The notes: a model not told the origin generated them from the letters alone. A stretch of 64,000 bases of DNA from an uncultured Methylomarinum sp. (GCA_964397365.1 CAYNIU010000001.1:16320-80319), one strand, 5' to 3'; positions 11,084-21,182 are shown, counted from the stretch's first letter. Made by a program: numbers and translations.

Positions 11084-11715
11084 AGGCTTTTACAAAACTG
11101 ACAGCATTGGTGATGCCTCTGGACAGAGCAAATGTGGATACCGATGCGATTATTCCCAAACAATTTCTAAAATCAATCCGTCGGGCGGGTTTTGGTCCTT
11201 ATTTATTTGATGAATGGCGCTATATGGATCGTGGTGAACCGGAAATGGATTGTTCCAACAGACCGTTGAATACTGATTTTGTGTTGAATCAGCCGCAATT
11301 TAAAGGGGCTGAAATTCTGTTAACCCGGGAAAACTTTGGTTGCGGATCATCCCGGGAACATGCCCCCTGGGCTTTGGAAGATTATGGCTTCAGAGTCATT
11401 ATCGCACCGAGTTTTGCTGATATTTTCTATAACAACTGTTTTAAAAATGGTATTTTGCCTATTGAGTTGAGTGCTGATGTGGTCGATAGTCTGTTTAGTG
11501 AAATGCAGGAGGGCTATCGGTTGACAGTTGATCTGGACGCTCAGAGTATAACGACGCCGAGTGGACGGATAATTAAGTTTGCTGTTGATGGAGCCCGAAA
11601 ATTTAGATTATTAAATGGTCTGGATGATATTGCCTTGACTTTACAACAAGCTGACAAAATTAGAGTCTACGAAGTTGAACGAGCAAAAAGAGCGCCGTGG
11701 CTGTTTACGGATTAA
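11080..11715 (+). CDS. leuD: 3-isopropylmalate dehydratase small subunit
   Basis: [32 protein letters not shown] overlap with leuC. Confidence 0.98.
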   Translation: MKAFTKLTALVMPLDRANVDTDAIIPKQFLKSIRRAGFGPYLFDEWRYMDRGEPEMDCSNRPLNTDFVLNQPQFKGAEILLTRENFGCGSSREHAPWALEDYGFRVIIAPSFADIFYNNCFKNGILPIELSADVVDSLFSEMQEGYRLTVDLDAQSITTPSGRIIKFAVDGARKFRLLNGLDDIALTLQQADKIRVYEVERAKRAPWLFTD

Positions 11716-11730
11716 TGTATCAGGTACACT

Positions 11731-11844
11731 TAGTGATTATTCATGAAATAACGTCACCATTTGTAGAGGCGAATTTATTCGCACACTGTGGATAAATTCA
11801 CACCTACAAAATAGATTGTCTAAGTTATTTCGAGCATGTTTCTA
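11731..11844. repeat. REP doublet (GTAG type) within a larger ~114-bp element (family R, copy 1)
   Basis: TGTAGAGGCGAATTTATTCGCAC (11762-11784) plus inverted TGTGGATAAATTCACACCTACA (11787-11808). Outer GAAATAAC / GTTATTTC. Homologous to 15849-16089. Confidence 0.7.
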
Positions 11845-12141
11845 ATGATGTTGCCCTCATTATCTGTTTGATTCTACATGAAAAATGAACCGATAATTGG
11901 TTGTATTTATTACTGTCCAAGCTGACAAGCAGCGTAATTTCATGCGTGCGCCAATTGATTTTATAGGAGGCTGTCGCAATAGAATCATCCATAACCCGAT
12001 AAGTCTCCTGGGTTAAATATTAATGTCAAGAGTAAAGGTTGTTTTTAATGGCAAGAAAAATTGAGAGTTTAGTGAGGCAAGGAGTTAAGTCCTCTTTTTG
12101 GGCAGAAACAGTGAATTGTACTTTGAAAAGTGGAGCATAGA

Positions 12142-13164
12142 ATGTCTAAAACATATGATGTGGCTGTAGTCGGAGCGACCGGAGCTGTTGGCGAGACTAT
12201 GTTGAGCATTTTGGAAGAACGTCACTTTCCAGTAGGTGATGTCTATGCTTTGGCCAGTGAACGATCTGTCGGCAAGCGTATCCCGTTTAAAGATGGCTCA
12301 GTGATTGTGGAAGATTTGTCGGAATTTGACTTTTCCAAAGTGCAGATTGGGCTGTTTTCTGCCGGTGGTGCTATTTCTGCCGAATATGCCCCAAAAGCGG
12401 CGGCGGCCGGTTGTGTTGTTATTGATAATACCTCGCATTTTCGCTATGACGATGATATTCCTCTGGTAGTCCCGGAAGTGAATGCCGATAAGGTAGCTGA
12501 TTATAAAAATCGTGGCATTATCGCTAATCCCAATTGTTCAACTATTCAGATGTTAGTGGCATTGAAGCCGATTTATGATGCGGTTGGAATAGCCAGAATC
12601 AATGTGTGTACTTATCAGGCCGTTTCCGGTACCGGCAAGCCGGGAATTGAGGAGGTTGTCACACAGACCGCGGCATTGTTGAACGGGAAGCCGATCAAGT
12701 CAGAAGTTTATCCCAAACAGATTGCTTTCAATGCGTTACCACAGATTGATGTGTTTATGGAAAACGGTTATACCAAGGAAGAAATGAAAATGGTCTGGGA
12801 AACCCGAAAAATATTTGCGGATGATTTCATACAAGTGAACCCGACAGCGGTGCGTGTACCTGTTTTTTATGGCCATTCTGAAGCTGTACATATTGAAACA
12901 AAGCAAAAGATCAGCGTAGAACAAGTACGTGAATTGCTGCAAAAAGCCCCGGGGATAACTGTTCTTGATGAGCGTGAAAATGGAGGCTATCCAACGGCTG
13001 TCACCGAGTCGTCAGGCCAGGATGATGTTTTCGTCGGGCGTATCAGAGAGGATATTTCTCATTCTCAAGGGATTGATTTATGGGTGGTTGGTGATAACGT
13101 TCGCAAAGGGGCGGCATTAAATAGCGTACAAATTGCCGAAGAGCTGGTAAAAAAATACATCTAG
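12142..13164 (+). CDS. asd: Aspartate-semialdehyde dehydrogenase
   Basis: VGATGAVG, IANPNCSTIQ, YQAVSGTG, GHSEAV, DNVRKGAALN. ATG at 12142 chosen for its GGAG RBS. Confidence 0.97.
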   Translation: MSKTYDVAVVGATGAVGETMLSILEERHFPVGDVYALASERSVGKRIPFKDGSVIVEDLSEFDFSKVQIGLFSAGGAISAEYAPKAAAAGCVVIDNTSHFRYDDDIPLVVPEVNADKVADYKNRGIIANPNCSTIQMLVALKPIYDAVGIARINVCTYQAVSGTGKPGIEEVVTQTAALLNGKPIKSEVYPKQIAFNALPQIDVFMENGYTKEEMKMVWETRKIFADDFIQVNPTAVRVPVFYGHSEAVHIETKQKISVEQVRELLQKAPGITVLDERENGGYPTAVTESSGQDDVFVGRIREDISHSQGIDLWVVGDNVRKGAALNSVQIAEELVKKYI

Positions 13165-13236
13165 TCTAAGCTTACCCAGTATATTTGATTATTCTCGGTA
13201 GATTACTGTGTTAGATATATTTGTTAGGAGAGCAAA

Positions 13237-15822
13237 GTGCGCAATATAACTAAAACTTTAGCGGTTGTATCACTATTGGTTCCAGCCAGTGCACAGCCCT
13301 TGGGAATTGGCGATATTAAATTGCATTCAGCCCTTAATCAAAAGCTCAATGCCGAGATTAATCTTATAGTTTCAGCAGATGAAAGCGCATCTGATATTCA
13401 GGTCAGACTGGCTTCACCCGAGAAGTTTGACGAAGCAGGAGTGCCGTGGAGTTATTTTTTATCCCAAATCAAATTTAATACAGTTGTTCAACCAAATGGT
13501 TCTGTTCTTGTCAAGTTGAGTTCAAAGGACGCGTTACGCGAACCGTTTTTGGATTTTTTGTTGGAGGTGAGCTGGGATAAAGGCAATCTGTATCGTGAGT
13601 TTACTGTGTTGATTGATCCACCCGCGGCTTATAATCAGCCTGTTGTTCCTGTTACTGACAAGCCAGAAATAACGAAACAGCTAATTGCAAACAATAAAAG
13701 CGAGACTACAGCGGCGCCAGTAGCGACAGCAAGTAAAACGGTCATCAGTACTTATGGCCCGGTTAAAAGAACAGATACCCTATGGAAAATTGCAGAAAAA
13801 GTTATGCCTTCTGACGATATTTCCATTGAGCAAATGATGATAGCGCTTTATAAAGCCAATCCTCAGGCATTTTATAAAGATAATGTTAATGCTCTGATGT
13901 TTGGTCAAACGCTTAATGTACCCGACAATAACGCAATTTTAAAACTTACAAAAAAGCAGGCTGCGAAATTATTCAAGCAACAGGCTGATCTTTGGAAGGC
14001 AAAAGTTAAACAAGCCGATAGAGAAAAAACACTTGTGACTGATAAGGATAAGCGCCTTGGTGACAGTCAATTGGAACTGGTGGCACCTGTTGATGCCACA
14101 GTTGGAGATGGTGTGGTTGTTAGTTCAGAGCTGGAACAGAGTGTACAAACGACAGTCGCTAAAGAACATGGCAAAACGGCTGATCAGAGTATTGCAGCTT
14201 CTGAAATAGAGAAAAAAGCGACAGAACAAGCTGCCCTTAATGGAGACTTGCAGGCGCGTTTGCAAAAACTGGAACAGCAAGTATTAATGATGCAGAAATT
14301 GCTGCTACTAAAGGATGAACAGCTTGCAGCCTTACAAAATAAAAGCAAAATTGCTAAAGATGATAAATCCGTATCAGCCGTGAAAACTGCTGAATCCTTG
14401 CAATCCGATGTTGAAACTTCAAAACCGATACAGAAAACTGAGGCTGAACCTGAAATTGTCAAGCCAGAGATAAAGCCACAACCACAAACGCTTCCTGAGC
14501 CAAAAGCGGAAGAAGGTTCTTTTGCTCAAACCTATTATATAGTGGTAGGAGGATTAGGTATTGCATTGCTTGGGGCGTTAGGATGGTTATGGTGGCGTAA
14601 ACGTAAAGTTGAGGGACAAACGGATACGGAAAGTATGTTTGCCTCCTCAAGCGAAATCAAAATGCCTGATTCAGAAATAGATATTCCCGTCAGTGGAATG
14701 GAAGATACTTCTGCTTATGATGTTGGGACTGTAGGTGAAAGTTCGTTTTTAAGTGAATTTACACCCAGTGATTTTGATGCATTTGATACAGACCAAAATG
14801 AAGTTGACCCCATTTCAGAAGCGGATGTTTATTTGGCTTATGGGCGTTATCAGCAGGCGGAAGAGCTTATTCGCCAGGCAATTGAGGATCAGCCGGAAAG
14901 GAATGAATGCAAGCTGAAGCTACTTGAAATTTTTTATGCGAATGAAAATAAAGAGGCTTTTGAAAGTTATACTCATGAATTAGTACAGGCAGGAATGCAT
15001 AACGATCAATCTTTTTGGGCCAAAGTACAGGAAATGGCTAAGGAGATTATTCCAGATGCAGTGATTTTGCTTGGGATGGAAGCAGAAGAAACTTCTGTTA
15101 GGTCAGAAAAGGCAGATTTAATAGAGTCGGAGCAACAACCTAAATCGGAAAACCGTTCAGGTGATGACGGCGAATTGGATAAAGTCGATCAAAATCAGCT
15201 AAGTACTGAGTCCACAAATCTGGAGATTGGCGCCAGTGATGATAATCTGGATTTTGATTTAAATGATTTTTCAGATGTTGGGACTACTACGGATGAAGGT
15301 GATCCTTCCATTGAGGATATAGACACTATTGATTTTGATTTAGACTCATTTTCTAAACCTGAATCTGAGACCTCATCGGCTCATGACGAAGAGATTGAAT
15401 CATTTGATTTTGATTTTGGCGATAAAGCTGCGGATAAGGAAATAGAGGTTGATGCAACAGCATTACATGCGGATATTGAGGATAACCTGGAACAGATTGA
15501 CTTTCCTGAGATAAATGAAATTGCTGAGATTGAAAATAAAACAATAGAAGATAATATTCTGGAAGACAAGGAAGATGATTTTAATTTTGACTTCGATTTT
15601 GAGGATACATCACTGGCAGCAGAAGAAAATACTTCCGGAGACTCATCCGGGGTAGCTGACTTAACCGATATGGATGAATTTGAGACTAAAATTGATCTGG
15701 CAAAAGCTTATATTGATATGGGGGATATTGAAGCGGCAAAAACCATTGCCGAAGAAGTCCTGGAAAAAGGAAATGATCAACAGAAACAGACAGCCCAGGC
15801 TCTGTTGAATGATTTGAAATGA
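13237..15822 (+). CDS. fimV: Polar landmark protein FimV/HubP
   Basis: LGIGDIKLHSALNQKL N-terminus, LysM (DTLWKIA...NPQAF), TM helix, DPISEADVYLAYGRYQQA TPR, acidic region, C-terminal TKIDLAKAYIDMGD. Follows asd. Confidence 0.93.
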   Translation: MRNITKTLAVVSLLVPASAQPLGIGDIKLHSALNQKLNAEINLIVSADESASDIQVRLASPEKFDEAGVPWSYFLSQIKFNTVVQPNGSVLVKLSSKDALREPFLDFLLEVSWDKGNLYREFTVLIDPPAAYNQPVVPVTDKPEITKQLIANNKSETTAAPVATASKTVISTYGPVKRTDTLWKIAEKVMPSDDISIEQMMIALYKANPQAFYKDNVNALMFGQTLNVPDNNAILKLTKKQAAKLFKQQADLWKAKVKQADREKTLVTDKDKRLGDSQLELVAPVDATVGDGVVVSSELEQSVQTTVAKEHGKTADQSIAASEIEKKATEQAALNGDLQARLQKLEQQVLMMQKLLLLKDEQLAALQNKSKIAKDDKSVSAVKTAESLQSDVETSKPIQKTEAEPEIVKPEIKPQPQTLPEPKAEEGSFAQTYYIVVGGLGIALLGALGWLWWRKRKVEGQTDTESMFASSSEIKMPDSEIDIPVSGMEDTSAYDVGTVGESSFLSEFTPSDFDAFDTDQNEVDPISEADVYLAYGRYQQAEELIRQAIEDQPERNECKLKLLEIFYANENKEAFESYTHELVQAGMHNDQSFWAKVQEMAKEIIPDAVILLGMEAEETSVRSEKADLIESEQQPKSENRSGDDGELDKVDQNQLSTESTNLEIGASDDNLDFDLNDFSDVGTTTDEGDPSIEDIDTIDFDLDSFSKPESETSSAHDEEIESFDFDFGDKAADKEIEVDATALHADIEDNLEQIDFPEINEIAEIENKTIEDNILEDKEDDFNFDFDFEDTSLAAEENTSGDSSGVADLTDMDEFETKIDLAKAYIDMGDIEAAKTIAEEVLEKGNDQQKQTAQALLNDLK

Positions 15823-15848
15823 ATTGCTCAGGAGAAGGGCTGATCTGT

Positions 15849-16089
15849 CAGGATTGGACATGAAATAATTTCAGCATTTGGTAAGTGTAAATTTATTCGC
15901 ATAGCACAAATAAATCCATACCTACAAAACAGGTAACTATTCAGCGTATTCAAATAAACAGTAAGTCTTTAAATCGGTTCTTGCGGAAGACGTGTCGGTG
16001 AGATGGATGCCTCATCCAAGTCTACATGGAATATATGCGCTGAACAGTGACCGAAATAGTTTGTTTAACCTGCTTCATGCATATTTCTG
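15849..16089. repeat. Family R element, copy 2 (REP doublet), interrupted by a family A MITE
   Basis: The left part CATGAAATAA..GTAAGTGTAAATTTATTCGCAT..AATAAATCCATACCTACA and right part AAATAGTTTGTTTAACCTGCTTCATGCATATTTCT align with 11742-11844. Confidence 0.65.
15933..16051. mobile_element. MITE family A, copy 2
   Basis: TIRs GTAACTATTCAGCG / CGCTGAACAGTGAC. Flanks CAAAACAG / CGAAATAG versus the empty site CAAAATAG at 11807-11814. Confidence 0.75.
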
Positions 16090-16122
16090 AGCTACAAATC
16101 GGATGGAATTGAAGGTCGCCGT

Positions 16123-16938
16123 TTACAGGTTTTGTAAGATTAACTCTTTGAAACTAAGAAAATGCTCAATCTGTAGTTTCAGATCCTGGAAGCTAAGCGA
16201 AGAAGAGCTGGCGTTATTGTTTAACAAATCAGATTCAAGCTGGTTTGCAGTTTGTTGTATGTCAATAAAACCACAAAAACTGACTGAGCCATGTAGTTTA
16301 TGTGTAATTTCTCTTGCCAGGGTGGTTTCCCTGTGCGCCAATGCGTACCCCAGCATGTCAATTTGTTCGGGTAATTCCTTAAATAATTTATTGAATAATA
16401 TTAATGCCAGGTCTTTGTTATGATCAGTTTTTTTTAACATCTGCTCAATGAATATAATGCTATTTTCAGAACTTTGTTTATAAGTATTTGAATGGTTCGA
16501 GTTGATTGAAAGCAATTTATTCAGCATATGATCCAATTGTTCAATTAATACAGGTCTCGTCAGGCAAGCATTAAATCCTGCTTCAATCAGTTTTTTACGC
16601 TGATGTTTTTGATTATAAGTTGTGATTGCAATGATGAAAATTTGTGCAGCGACAGCGTTGCGTTGTTTAATTTCAGCAACTAGGTTCAAGCTGTCCAAAT
16701 AGGGGGGGGATAGGTCTAGCAGTATTAATTTGAATGTTTTTTGTTTTAATAAATACAATATTTGTTGATCGTCTTTGGCCAGTGTAATGTCATCAGAGTA
16801 ATTTTCCAGTTGAGCTTTCAGGAGTAAACGATTTATTTCACTGTCATCGACAATAGCAATTGGAAAATCAGGTTGAAATAAATTGATGGAGTCTGTTTGT
16901 TGAACGGATTCGGCGGTAGAAGCGATATCTTCATTCAT
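16123..16938 (-). CDS. Stand-alone REC + Hpt protein with a degenerate receiver
   Basis: IVDDSEINR...LILLDLSPP...CLTRP (K to R). Hpt THKLHGSVSFCG resembles the BarA/GacS C-terminus. Confidence 0.75.
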   Translation of the reverse strand: MNEDIASTAESVQQTDSINLFQPDFPIAIVDDSEINRLLLKAQLENYSDDITLAKDDQQILYLLKQKTFKLILLDLSPPYLDSLNLVAEIKQRNAVAAQIFIIAITTYNQKHQRKKLIEAGFNACLTRPVLIEQLDHMLNKLLSINSNHSNTYKQSSENSIIFIEQMLKKTDHNKDLALILFNKLFKELPEQIDMLGYALAHRETTLAREITHKLHGSVSFCGFIDIQQTANQLESDLLNNNASSSSLSFQDLKLQIEHFLSFKELILQNL

Positions 16939-17295
16939 GGGGCGGCAATCATGTCAAAATCATTCGAGAAGCTGAGGGTAAAATAGAGTTGATAATTTTA
17001 GAACTTTCTAATATTCTATTGATTCCTGTTGGTAATAGACCTATCGCTATTTAAAATTCGGAATATAAAGTGGTCAAAGAATGTTGCAAGCGTAAAACAA
17101 CAGTATTTTTTTAGCAGCTTGCCTGTCTTTACTACGAATATTCATGTCTGATAGCTATAGAGACATTATAAAAAACTTTTCAGTATTTTTCTGGCTAAGC
17201 CGTTGTTAATTTCTAATGTATTCACAATAGGTTTTAATGCCGGTCAGGATAAAACATACTGAAGCAACTGAATAATAATTAATGAGGAGAGTGTT

Positions 17296-18570
17296 ATGGC
17301 TAGAATTGTTGTCCTGGGTGCTGGTATTGGCGGAGTGCCGATGGCTTATGAAATGAAGGAATTAGTCAATGAAGATCATCAGGTAATTGTGATTTCTGAT
17401 TCACCGACCTTTCATTTTGTTCCGTCAAACCCTTGGGTGCCGCCAAAGTGGCGCAAGCCAGAGGCGTTAAAAGTTGAGTTGGCGCCAGTAATGCAGAAAA
17501 AAGGGATTGAATTTGTCCAAAAAGCTGCAGTTAAAGTGGATCCTGAAAACAATAAAGTTCATCTGATTGACAAGACTGTCGTTGATTACGATTATCTGAT
17601 TATTGCCACGGGTCCACGTTTGGCATTTGATGAGGTTCCGGGGTTGGGGCCTGAAGGATATACCTCTTCCGTATGTCATGTTGATCATGCAGCAATTGCC
17701 GCACAGGATTGGGAGAAATTTATGGAAAATCCAGGCCCCATTGTTATTGGCGCTGTTCAGGGGGCATCCTGTTTTGGACCGGCTTATGAATACCTGATGA
17801 TTTTGGAGACAGAATTACGGAAAAGAAAAATTCGTGATCAAGTGCCGATGACGTTTGTCACTTCAGAACCTTATATTGGACATTTGGGGCTGGGGGGGGT
17901 TGGTGATACTAAAGGATTATTGGAAAGTGCATTGCGAGAGAAAACTATCAAATGGATTACTAATGCAAAAGTGGATCGTATTGAAGAAGGAATGATGTAT
18001 GTTACTGAAGTGGATGAAAATGGAAAGGAGAAAAACAAACACCAATTAGCATTCAAACATTCCATGATGTTACCGGCATTTACCGGTGTTGATGCTGTCC
18101 GTAATGTGGATGTGGACGGACTGATTAATCCCCGTGGTTTTGTTATTGTTGATGAACATCAACGTAACCCGACATTTAAAAATATCTACTCAGTGGGAGT
18201 TTGTGTGGCATTGCCGCCGGTAGAAAAAACTCCATTACCTGTCGGAACGCCAAAAACCGGATATATGATTGAATCCATGGTAACCGCAACAGCTCATAAT
18301 ATTAGAGATGAACTGGCTGGAAAAGAGCCGACAGATATACCTAGTCTGAGTGCCTTGTGTCTGGCTGATTTAGGTGACACCGGGGTCGCTTTTTTGGCTG
18401 TTCCGCAAATTCCACCCAGAAATACCACCTGGTCCAGCCACGGTAAGTGGGTGCATTTAGCGAAAATAGGTTTTGAAAAATATTTTATGCGCAAAGTCAG
18501 AAAAGGTATCAGTGAGCCGTTTTACGAAAAAATGATGCTTAAATTTATGGGTATAGTTCGTTTAAAATAG
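17296..18570 (+). CDS. sqr: Sulfide:quinone oxidoreductase (type I-like)
   Basis: GAGIGG FAD motif, FVPSNPW, SVCHVDH, GASCFGPAYE, PKTGYMIESM, ALCLADLGD. Confidence 0.92.
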   Translation: MARIVVLGAGIGGVPMAYEMKELVNEDHQVIVISDSPTFHFVPSNPWVPPKWRKPEALKVELAPVMQKKGIEFVQKAAVKVDPENNKVHLIDKTVVDYDYLIIATGPRLAFDEVPGLGPEGYTSSVCHVDHAAIAAQDWEKFMENPGPIVIGAVQGASCFGPAYEYLMILETELRKRKIRDQVPMTFVTSEPYIGHLGLGGVGDTKGLLESALREKTIKWITNAKVDRIEEGMMYVTEVDENGKEKNKHQLAFKHSMMLPAFTGVDAVRNVDVDGLINPRGFVIVDEHQRNPTFKNIYSVGVCVALPPVEKTPLPVGTPKTGYMIESMVTATAHNIRDELAGKEPTDIPSLSALCLADLGDTGVAFLAVPQIPPRNTTWSSHGKWVHLAKIGFEKYFMRKVRKGISEPFYEKMMLKFMGIVRLK

Positions 18571-18579
18571 GAGCAAGCT

Positions 18580-18780
18580 ATGACAATTGATCGTTTAGTG
18601 TTGGCTATTGCCGGAACATTTATATTGCTGAGCATAAGTTTGGCGGTATGGCATTCTCTGAACTGGTTATGGTTTACGGCTTTTGTGGGCGCTAATTTAT
18701 TGCAATCAGCATTGACCGGTTTTTGTCCTTTGGCAATAATGCTAAAAAAAATAGGCATAAAGTCAGGCACAGCTTTCTGA
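18580..18780 (+). CDS. DUF2892 (YgaP-like) small membrane protein
   Basis: [19 protein letters not shown] signature. GGAG RBS, 9 bp after sqr. Confidence 0.88.
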   Translation: MTIDRLVLAIAGTFILLSISLAVWHSLNWLWFTAFVGANLLQSALTGFCPLAIMLKKIGIKSGTAF

Positions 18781-19484
18781 CTGTTCTGACGGTTAAGTTT
18801 AATTTTATTGGGAGGGGGATTTCAGACAATAGACATTCATTATTTATGAAAAACCGGCAGATCAAGGATGGCAAAGGCATACATCGCGGGCTCACATTCG
18901 TGTCGTTTCTATCGGTTGATTTGATGGAGGGCGGTGTCGCTGAAATATATTTATTGCACTGTTTAAGATCGGTAGTGGGATCTGTCGAAAGGCGCTGTGA
19001 ACTTATAAACCACATGGATGTGGTGAATGCAGAGATTTCTGCCCAGGTGTGCTTGAGAGGTAAGACCAACATCTTGCGAAGCCAGTTATGCCAGAACGGT
19101 CGTTCAGGACAAAAATACTCGCTAAACATACCGCTGTCAATCTTCGCGGTCTGATTTTCATTGCGTATGGCAATAAGGAAAAAACGATCTCTTTACACAA
19201 GTTATTTTGCACATACTTTCTAATTTTAATCTAAGATGTAAGAAACAAGATTTTTAGTGTAAATATGATGCGCTTTGAATTGAGTGGTAATTTTTTGTCT
19301 GGATATTAAGTTATCGGGTGTAAAAATTGATTTATTCGGCGGTTTGTAACAGGAAATTACAGTTAGTGTTTACAATAGTTGGTATGTCAGTGCTTATACC
19401 CAGTTTATCTGTTGGGCAGGATGTTAGCTATATTGAGATAATGAATTTTAAAATTCCATTTTCGGATGGACTTCAGGAGGAAAG

Positions 19485-20108
19485 TTGCTGAATATGAGTG
19501 TAAATAAAACAAAATCACATTTTGTTGCTGTTGCATCTATCGCCGCTGAATTAAGCGCTGTTATGGAAGTTGCTAAAGAAATTTCTTTAGCGGCAGCCAA
19601 CGCAAAGGCCATCGCATTTAGAGCCGGGGAAAAGGCCAAAGGCTTTCAACCTATTACTGATTTTATTAACGAACTGGCAAAAGAAACGATTAAGCTGGTT
19701 AATGAAATTAATGAACATGCTTTCCAGTTGTATCAAATTACAGTCAATGAATACAGAATGACCGGGGCATGCAAAAAATTTGAGGAAATATCTGTTGTCT
19801 CCAGAAAGGCATCTTATGGCGCCTCCTTGGATGTGCCGTTAAATCAGGCGCGTACAAAAATGCATGAGTGCCGGAAAAGTTTTAATCTCCATGTTATCCA
19901 GCTACAGGAGCAACTTGGCGAGGTAATGCATCCTGCCAGAGCTGCGCGTGTTATTGCAGCAAATTCCCGTATAGAAGCATCCCAGGCGGGGGAATATTTG
20001 CAAAGTCTTCAAGCGGTTGCCGAGAGTGTTGATCACGCTGCACAAATTATTCATGAGAAGGTGCAAAAATGTAGAAGCGCTTTGAGTGTAATAGATTTGA
20101 CTGATTAG
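19485..20108 (+). CDS. Short soluble MCP-signalling-like protein
   Basis: Two hairpin-tip-like motifs, ISLAAANAKAIAFRAGEKAKGF and ARVIAANSRIEASQAGEYLQSL. No TM segment or sensor domain. Start may be ATG at 19494. Confidence 0.7.
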   Translation: MLNMSVNKTKSHFVAVASIAAELSAVMEVAKEISLAAANAKAIAFRAGEKAKGFQPITDFINELAKETIKLVNEINEHAFQLYQITVNEYRMTGACKKFEEISVVSRKASYGASLDVPLNQARTKMHECRKSFNLHVIQLQEQLGEVMHPARAARVIAANSRIEASQAGEYLQSLQAVAESVDHAAQIIHEKVQKCRSALSVIDLTD

Positions 20109-20179
20109 CGTCTTAAGCTAGTATTACTCTGTATTGATACTGATGAGCATAATTTTTAAAAAGAGAGGCTGAGCATTTA

Positions 20180-20908
20180 ATGAAAATGACTAAAATTTAC
20201 GAAGGATCGTATCAGTGGATTATGTATGGACGTGATGTCAATAAGCCTGATAAGATAATTGATACTAATCAATATGTTGTGAGAACATCCAAACGATGTT
20301 TGTTGATTGATCCCGGTGGTATCGAGTTATTTGCTCCCATGTTAGCGGCAGTGTTGCATCATGCCCCTGTTGAAGAAATAACGGATTTATTTGCGACTCA
20401 TCAGGATCCGGATATTATTTCATCGTTAGGGTTATGGGACCAGGCTTTACCTGACGCCAAGCTGCATGCTTCCGGTTTGTGGGAAGGGTTTCTAAGGCAT
20501 TTTGGCTGTGATACCATAGAATATGTTGCGATTCCAGATAATGGTGGCAGCATTCAACTGGACAGTGTTGAATTACAAATTATTCCTGCGCATTACATGC
20601 ACGCCTCTGCGAACTTTAATATATATGATCCTGAAGCAAAAATATTGATGTCAGGCGATGTTGGGGCGGCTTTGGAAGCACCTGGGGCACCGATGTTCGT
20701 AGAAAATTTTGATGCGCATATTGAAAAAATGCGTTATTTTCATCAACGATGGATGCCTTCAAATCAAGCAAAAAGAGTCTGGATAAACAGAGTGAGAGAA
20801 CTTGATGTGGATATCCTTGCTCCACAGCATGGACGAATGTTTAAAGGAGATGATGTTAAGCGTTTTCTTGACTGGTTTGAAGCATTGCAAGTGGGCGTTG
20901 CCGTTTAA
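20180..20908 (+). CDS. ODP-type (oxygen-binding di-iron) metallo-beta-lactamase-fold protein
   Basis: IDPGG, THQDPD, HYMH, SGDVG, FHQRWMPS, PQHG. No flavodoxin domain. Confidence 0.82.
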   Translation: MKMTKIYEGSYQWIMYGRDVNKPDKIIDTNQYVVRTSKRCLLIDPGGIELFAPMLAAVLHHAPVEEITDLFATHQDPDIISSLGLWDQALPDAKLHASGLWEGFLRHFGCDTIEYVAIPDNGGSIQLDSVELQIIPAHYMHASANFNIYDPEAKILMSGDVGAALEAPGAPMFVENFDAHIEKMRYFHQRWMPSNQAKRVWINRVRELDVDILAPQHGRMFKGDDVKRFLDWFEALQVGVAV

Positions 20909-20925
20909 TCAAGATTAAAAAAAAC

Positions 20926-20953
20926 TTGTCAAAACAAAAATAATCCTTATAAT
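20926..20953 (+). promoter_or_regulatory. Sigma70 promoter of tRNA-Lys
   Basis: TTGTCA (20926-20931), 16-bp spacer, TATAAT (20948-20953), A-rich upstream tract, 14 bp before the tRNA. Confidence 0.8.
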
Positions 20954-20967
20954 AGCAGATCTTTGTT

Positions 20968-21043
20968 GGGTCGTTAGCTCAGCCGGTAGAGCACCGCACT
21001 TTTAATGCGATGGTCGAGCGTTCGAATCGCTCACGACCCACCA
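20968..21043 (+). tRNA. tRNA-Lys (anticodon UUU)
   Basis: 76-nt cloverleaf GGGTCGT...ACGACCC-A-CCA. Anticodon loop CTTTTAA. T-arm GAGCG-TTCGAAT-CGCTC. Confidence 0.97.
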
Positions 21044-21080
21044 TTCAAACATATGATTTATATAATCAATCAGGAAGATC

Positions 21081-21104
21081 GCCAGTTTAAAGACTGGCTT
21101 TTTT
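21081..21104 (+). terminator. Rho-independent terminator after tRNA-Lys
   Basis: GCCAGT-TTAAAG-ACTGGC followed by TTTTTT. Confidence 0.75.
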
Positions 21105-21105
21105 C

Positions 21106-21182
21106 AAAATCAATGGCTTGCAGTCATAGGTTTTGATTGCACATCCTTGTGCCACAGGAATAGCGAATAAATCAGCGATTCC
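21106..21182 (-). mobile_element. MITE family B left half (reverse orientation)
   Basis: Ends TCAGCGATTCC|TTAG. Its reverse complement aligns with 9445-9493 and 27146-27190. Confidence 0.65.

Noticed and set aside
11787-11795. Perfect DnaA box TGTGGATAA
   Set aside because: It is part of a diverged REP arm and is isolated.
15180-15680. Repetitive GATTTTGAT-like DNA as a possible tandem array or CRISPR
   Set aside because: It encodes the acidic DFD repeats of FimV and has no constant repeat-spacer period. No CRISPR array was seen anywhere in the window.
18692-19212. Overlapping ORFs of 145, 143 and 69 aa downstream of sqr/DUF2892
   Set aside because: No recognisable motifs. They overlap each other and a real gene, and the region contains repeat-like fragments (GGCGCTGTGAAC..CATGGATG).
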